From NCBI GenBank assembly GCA_965230625.1, contig CBDDLL010000001.1, positions 522,689-586,688 of the forward strand: DNA of 64,000 bases, in the 5' to 3' direction. The notes below the pieces were generated by a model that was given only the letters and a program-made list of their open reading frames with translations, searched no databases and was not told the origin of the DNA. Origin of the DNA: Saccharicrinis sp. Lineage in GTDB: Bacteria > Bacteroidota > Bacteroidia > Bacteroidales > Marinilabiliaceae. Below are positions 59,964 through 64,000 of the stretch, piece by piece. Position 1 is the stretch's first letter, and each line of letters starts with the position of its first letter. The translations under genes were made by a program, and so were the position numbers.

Positions 59964-61136
59964 TTATTCGCGCATTACACGAATCTCATCGTTATAAACC
60001 TTAAATTTTACACTGGTTGTTTTTTCAATGATAGAACATATTTTATCTATATTATCCTGTCTTCTGGCAGCACCTGTAAAGTGTAATTGTCTGATATCCT
60101 GAGATTCAAACATAAAATCAACATTATACCATCTCTCCAAACGTTGACATATATATTCAAGGTTTGCATTTTCGAATTCAAAAACCCCATTTACCCATGA
60201 TGTATACAAAGCAGTATTTACATCTTTAACAACGATATTTGAGTTACCATGTATATTAAACACAGCCTGTTTACCTGGCTCAATAACAATCGATTGGTCT
60301 TTAGTTGATACTTTTACTTTCCCTTCAACTAATGTTGTTGCAACATAACTGTCGCTTGTATATGCAGAAACATTGAATGACGTTCCTAAAACTTCAACAC
60401 TTCCACTGCTTGTATTCACAATAAACGGCTTACCAACATTGTGTGCAACTTTAAAATAAGCTTCTCCATTTAATGTAACTTGCCTATTATCTCCGATAAA
60501 CTCAACAGGGAAATGCATAACTGTTTCTGAATTGAACCAAATTTGTGTACCATCACTTAAAATCATAGAATACTCACCACCTCTAGGAATATTTATAGTA
60601 TTGTATACCAAAGTTTTCCTCACATTATTAATTGGTTTGTACGATATAATATTATTTGAATCCTTGGAGATTACACTTCCATTTTTTTCCGTTACAGAAA
60701 ACTCTTCTTGTTGTTGTAAGTCTAAAGTTTCCCCGTTTGCTAATGTTAAAAAAGCTTGTGTAGATCCTGGTTTAGCAATGTCATTTAGGGATAATTGTTT
60801 GCCATCATCTTTCGTATTAAACCATAAAAAAAATGATACTGACAATAGCACAATAATAGTTGCTGCTACTTTTGTCCAAATTCTATTTCCTCGAAGAGAA
60901 ACCTTATTCTTAGAAATTTTCTTTTCAAAAATTACCCATGATTTATTTTTATCACAATTTCTCAAGAACGAAATTTCCTTTGCTTCCCTGTATGAAGCAA
61001 TAAATTTTACCGCATCATTTTCATTTGATTTTGAAGCATCTATCCAGATACGCAATTTATTTCCATCTTCTTCAGTTAAAACTCCTGCACAGTAATCTGC
61101 TAATAGATCATATATTTCATCAGGTATATTACTCAT
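59964..61136 (-). CDS. FecR-family anti-sigma factor
   Basis: One central TM helix (VAATIIVLLSVSFFLWF) and a FecR periplasmic domain (TLANGETLDL, LSDGTQIWFNSETV, GEAYFKVAH, VEVLGTSFNV). Confidence 0.85.
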   Translation of the reverse strand: MSNIPDEIYDLLADYCAGVLTEEDGNKLRIWIDASKSNENDAVKFIASYREAKEISFLRNCDKNKSWVIFEKKISKNKVSLRGNRIWTKVAATIIVLLSVSFFLWFNTKDDGKQLSLNDIAKPGSTQAFLTLANGETLDLQQQEEFSVTEKNGSVISKDSNNIISYKPINNVRKTLVYNTINIPRGGEYSMILSDGTQIWFNSETVMHFPVEFIGDNRQVTLNGEAYFKVAHNVGKPFIVNTSSGSVEVLGTSFNVSAYTSDSYVATTLVEGKVKVSTKDQSIVIEPGKQAVFNIHGNSNIVVKDVNTALYTSWVNGVFEFENANLEYICQRLERWYNVDFMFESQDIRQLHFTGAARRQDNIDKICSIIEKTTSVKFKVYNDEIRVMRE

Positions 61137-61334
61137 TTTTTGAAGTATTTTATTGTATGATACCTTAAATCAAAAAATGGGTGAAACAAAAACAAGGTTT
61201 TTTTAAAAAAAACAATATTTTTTCTAATATCATCATACTCCAAATACACATGAAGGATGATTTATTTAGTTTTTTCTACACCATTAGTGCCATATTTTAG
61301 GGCACTATAGAATTATTAACCTGTTTTACTAATG

Positions 61335-61359
61335 AACCCTTTATCTTAAATAAAGGGTT
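61335..61359 (-). terminator. Hairpin downstream of the ECF sigma gene
   Basis: 9-bp stem AACCCTTTA / TAAAGGGTT with a 7-nt loop. There is no clear T-run. Confidence 0.3.
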
Positions 61360-61463
61360 TGTGTAGATTTGTATATTTTTGTTAATATACGTTTAGCATC
61401 TCATTTCCAAGCATAACAATCCTATAAGAAAATAAAATCCATTATTCGTAAAGCATAGATTGA

Positions 61464-62021
61464 TTAAATCATTAAAAGAAGAATTAGATCTAAAGAATTT
61501 CTTAGTAACTTTAATGATCTGGAAAATTGAGTTTTAACAGTATTAATAGAAATTTGCAATTCTTCGGCTACCTCTTTATACTTTAATCCTTTAAAAACTA
61601 TAAGTTCTAGAACCTTACGTGCCTTAGGTGGCAACTTTTCTATTTCTGCATTTAAAACTTTAATTCGTTCTTCTAATCCCGAATTATCACGTTTTTCAGC
61701 AATTAAAACTTCAACTAAAGATTCAATATCATCAAAGTATATTCTTTTATTAAGCTCTAACTGCCTTAAACATTTATTTTTAACAGACATAAAGAGATAT
61801 GCCTTTAGTGAAGTATCTACAGATTTATACTTTTCATTTTCCCAAAATTGTACAAATGTATCCTGAACAATATCTTCTGCCTCTTGAATTGAATCGAAAA
61901 ACTTTAGTGCAAAAACACATAAGGGCTGATAATATAAATCAAACAAACCCTTAACTCCAGACTGGTCGCCTAGAGACATTTTTTTTAATATCTCTTCTTC
62001 TGTTTTCCGCATTAGGTTCAA
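61464..62021 (-). CDS. ECF-type RNA polymerase sigma-70 factor
   Basis: Region 2 (DIVQDTFVQFWE) and region 4 HTH (LKYKEVAEELQISINTVKTQFSRSL). Adjacent to FecR/SusC. Confidence 0.85.
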   Translation of the reverse strand: MNLMRKTEEEILKKMSLGDQSGVKGLFDLYYQPLCVFALKFFDSIQEAEDIVQDTFVQFWENEKYKSVDTSLKAYLFMSVKNKCLRQLELNKRIYFDDIESLVEVLIAEKRDNSGLEERIKVLNAEIEKLPPKARKVLELIVFKGLKYKEVAEELQISINTVKTQFSRSLKLLRNSLDLILLLMI

Positions 62022-62185
62022 AAATAGGAATTATAGTTATAGGACAAAACAACTATTTACATCGACTTCTTATTTTTTTACACAAAAAATCATAACCTAA
62101 TATATTCGTGCACACTAATTTATATTATGCAAAACGAATAAATTTAAAACAAAACAAGCTAATAATGATATATGCAGGTTTAGTG

Positions 62186-62216
62186 AAAAATAAAAGGTTG
62201 ACCTAAAGGTCAACCT
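62186..62216 (-). terminator. Intrinsic terminator overlapping the RNase G stop codon
   Basis: GGTTGACC-TTTA-GGTCAACC (62197-62216 on the plus strand) includes the last codons and the TAG. It is followed on the minus strand by TTTTATTTTT. Confidence 0.55.
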
Positions 62217-63753
62217 TTTTATTTTTATCATCGAAGATCTTGAACTCCAAAAAGCTTAATGAGGCGGAAGGTATCAACTTCAGTCCAAAACCATATTTGA
62301 ACTTCCATTTTAAAAATATAGATGGGAAACCTTTTTTCAAATAAGCTCCCAAATAAGGATGAACCTTCAAGGTCAATTTTTTAATCTTTTGTCCTTCGAC
62401 AGCTTTTCTTATGCTGTCTTCCAACTTCTCTTCAAGTAGGATAGCTGGTGCAATTTTACCTGTTCCAAAGCAGGTAGGGCATGACTCATCGGTTTCAATT
62501 GCCATTTCCGGTCGTACACGTTGGCGTGTAATCTGCATGAGTCCAAATTTACTAAGTGGAAGGATATTATGCTTTGTCCTGTCAGCGGTCATTGCCTCCT
62601 TCATTTTTTCATACACTTTTTGCCTGTGTTCCGACTTTTGCATATCAATAAAATCAACAACTATAATACCACCCATGTCTCTTAATCTTAACTGGCGTGC
62701 AATTTCATCGGCAGCAGCCAGGTTTACCTCAAGGGCATTGTTCTCCTGGTTAATAGCATTCTTTGCTCTATTACCACTATTAACGTCAATTACATGGAGT
62801 GCTTCAGTATGTTCAATAATAAGATATGCTCCACTTTTAAAGGAAACCGTTTTCCCAAAAAGTGTTTTAATCTGTTTTTCAATTCCAAACTGGTCGAACA
62901 GAGGTACATCACCTCTAAATTCTTTTACGATCTTTTCTCGATCAGGAGCAATTAAACTCACATATTCTTTTACCTCTTTACACATTTCCTTATCGGAAAT
63001 ATAAATGCTGTTAAACGAAGGGCTCATAATATCCCTTAAAATGGCTGAGGTACGTCCAATTTCGCCAACAACAAGTGCACGTGGCTTAAGATGAAATAAT
63101 TTGGCAGTAGCATCATCCCAACGCCTGATAAGGGTTTTTAGTTCCTTATCCAGTTCTGCAACTCTTTTGCCTTCGGCCACGGTTCGAACAATTATCCCAA
63201 AATTTTTGGGTTTAATACTCATTAGTAACTTCTTTAAACGATTTCGTTCTTCTGAAGATTTAATTTTCTGACTTACAGAAACCTTATCAGAAAATGGCAT
63301 GAGTACTAAATTTCGTCCGGCAATGGATAACTCGGAAGTCAGCCTTGGTCCTTTTGTTGAAATAGGTTCCTTAGCTATTTGCACCAAAACTTCCTGACCT
63401 ACTGAGAGAACATCTGAAATGGTACCGTTTTTATCGATATCCGGATCAGCTTTAATTTTGTGTAAGGCAACGCCTCCTTTTTTAGCAGTGGCGGCCATGT
63501 TAAGAAACTTTTTTAGGGTACGAAACTGGGGTCCAAGATCTAAATAATGCAAAAAAGCATCTTTTTCGTAACCAACATCAATAAAAGCAGCGTTTAAACC
63601 TGGCATTATTTTTTTTACCTTACCAAGGTAAATATCGCCTACGGTAAACTGTACGTCGCTTTTTTCTCTTCTTAACTCAACCAACCTTCTGTCTTCGAGC
63701 AATGCTATTGAAAGCTCGTCAGGAGATACATCTACAAAAAGTTCTGCACTCAC
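62203..63753 (-). CDS. rng: Rne/Rng-family ribonuclease (RNase G-like)
   Basis: N-terminal S1 domain (GDIYLGKVKKIMPGLNAAFIDVGYEKDAFLH), catalytic-core motifs (IIVRT, HVIDVNSG, GGIIVVDFIDM) and a CPTCFGTG zinc link. Confidence 0.85.
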   Translation of the reverse strand: MSAELFVDVSPDELSIALLEDRRLVELRREKSDVQFTVGDIYLGKVKKIMPGLNAAFIDVGYEKDAFLHYLDLGPQFRTLKKFLNMAATAKKGGVALHKIKADPDIDKNGTISDVLSVGQEVLVQIAKEPISTKGPRLTSELSIAGRNLVLMPFSDKVSVSQKIKSSEERNRLKKLLMSIKPKNFGIIVRTVAEGKRVAELDKELKTLIRRWDDATAKLFHLKPRALVVGEIGRTSAILRDIMSPSFNSIYISDKEMCKEVKEYVSLIAPDREKIVKEFRGDVPLFDQFGIEKQIKTLFGKTVSFKSGAYLIIEHTEALHVIDVNSGNRAKNAINQENNALEVNLAAADEIARQLRLRDMGGIIVVDFIDMQKSEHRQKVYEKMKEAMTADRTKHNILPLSKFGLMQITRQRVRPEMAIETDESCPTCFGTGKIAPAILLEEKLEDSIRKAVEGQKIKKLTLKVHPYLGAYLKKGFPSIFLKWKFKYGFGLKLIPSASLSFLEFKIFDDKNKKVDL

Positions 63754-63903
63754 TATAGTAGGTATTTCTAAAAAAATAAGAACTTACCTGATCTCTTTTT
63801 GTATCAGGATTTTACAATATGTACATAAAATAAAGAACAAACAAAGAAGAAAGTACTTCAAATGTTTGTTCCTTATAATGCTTTCGCTATAAAATGGCGA
63901 AGA

Positions 63904-63996
63904 TTACTTCTTCTTCTTGTGCCTGTTCTTTCTTAGCCTCTTCTTACGCTTATGCGTAGCCATCTTATGTCTTTTTCTTTTCTTTCCGCTTGGCAT
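63904..63996 (-). CDS. Small basic ribosomal protein, bTHX-like (30 aa)
   Basis: Hand translation gives MPSGKKRKRHKMATHKRKKRLRKNRHKKKK*. This matches my memory of the Bacteroidota '30S ribosomal protein THX' mini-gene. It is below the ORF-track cutoff. Confidence 0.55.
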   Translation of the reverse strand: MPSGKKRKRHKMATHKRKKRLRKNRHKKKK

Positions 63997-64000
63997 ACTA

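Noticed and set aside
60532-63004. Long antisense ORFs 60532-61095(+) and 62411-63004(+)
   Set aside because: They lie entirely within the well-supported FecR and RNase G genes on the opposite strand, and no motifs are present.
1-64000. CRISPR arrays, rRNA genes, additional tRNAs
   Set aside because: No regularly spaced short direct repeats and no rRNA-like conserved stretches were seen. Only one cloverleaf (38974-39047) could be folded.

Overview
AT-rich chromosome segment of Bacteroidota type, judged from SusC/SusD pairs, a T9SS C-terminal sorting tail, a FecR/ECF-sigma unit and a bTHX mini-gene. All family calls come from reading motifs in the translated ORFs and the DNA; no database search was run. 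Layout: (a) 1-2.5 kb holds ordinary metabolic genes: a kinase-like fragment, an IMPase-family protein and an M14/AstE-like hydrolase. (b) 2.7-21.9 kb is an accessory tract in which every cargo gene is on the + strand. It opens with a candidate conflict/defence island: a split PIN-like protein; a 1405-aa NACHT/STAND NTPase ending in a PD-(D/E)xK nuclease fold; and an archaeo-eukaryotic-primase::SF2-helicase fusion translationally coupled to an AlbA_2/Schlafen-type ATPase. After it come an IS1182-family IS whose transposase carries one in-frame TAA, an IS91-family Y2 transposase plus tyrosine recombinase unit, four small orphan secreted/membrane ORFs, a chimeric M1-peptidase fragment and a polysaccharide deacetylase. 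Two families of intergenic repeats punctuate this tract. (c) 22-32.3 kb carries a secreted TldD/PmbA pair, a propeller-like lipoprotein, an orphan SusC-like receptor and a MORN/TonB-C protein. (d) 32.5-39.0 kb is a ~6.5 kb islet integrated at tRNA-Arg(CCT), bounded by a 13-nt direct repeat. It carries an Mrr-nuclease::STAND::TPR (Avs-like) gene, a GT2 glycosyltransferase, an integrase and an older integrase remnant. (e) 39.1-46.5 kb is a tandem duplication of a two-gene module, a beta-barrel OMP plus a ~685-aa acidic coiled-coil lipoprotein. The OMPs are nearly identical while the coiled-coil cores have diverged. (f) 46.8-62 kb holds a 1295-aa T9SS cargo protein, three thioredoxin-fold genes and a SusD/SusC/FecR/ECF-sigma unit, followed by RNase G and bTHX. 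The best candidate for an undescribed system is the 3.4-12.6 kb cluster, especially the AEP-helicase + Schlafen-like ATPase operon next to the STAND-nuclease.
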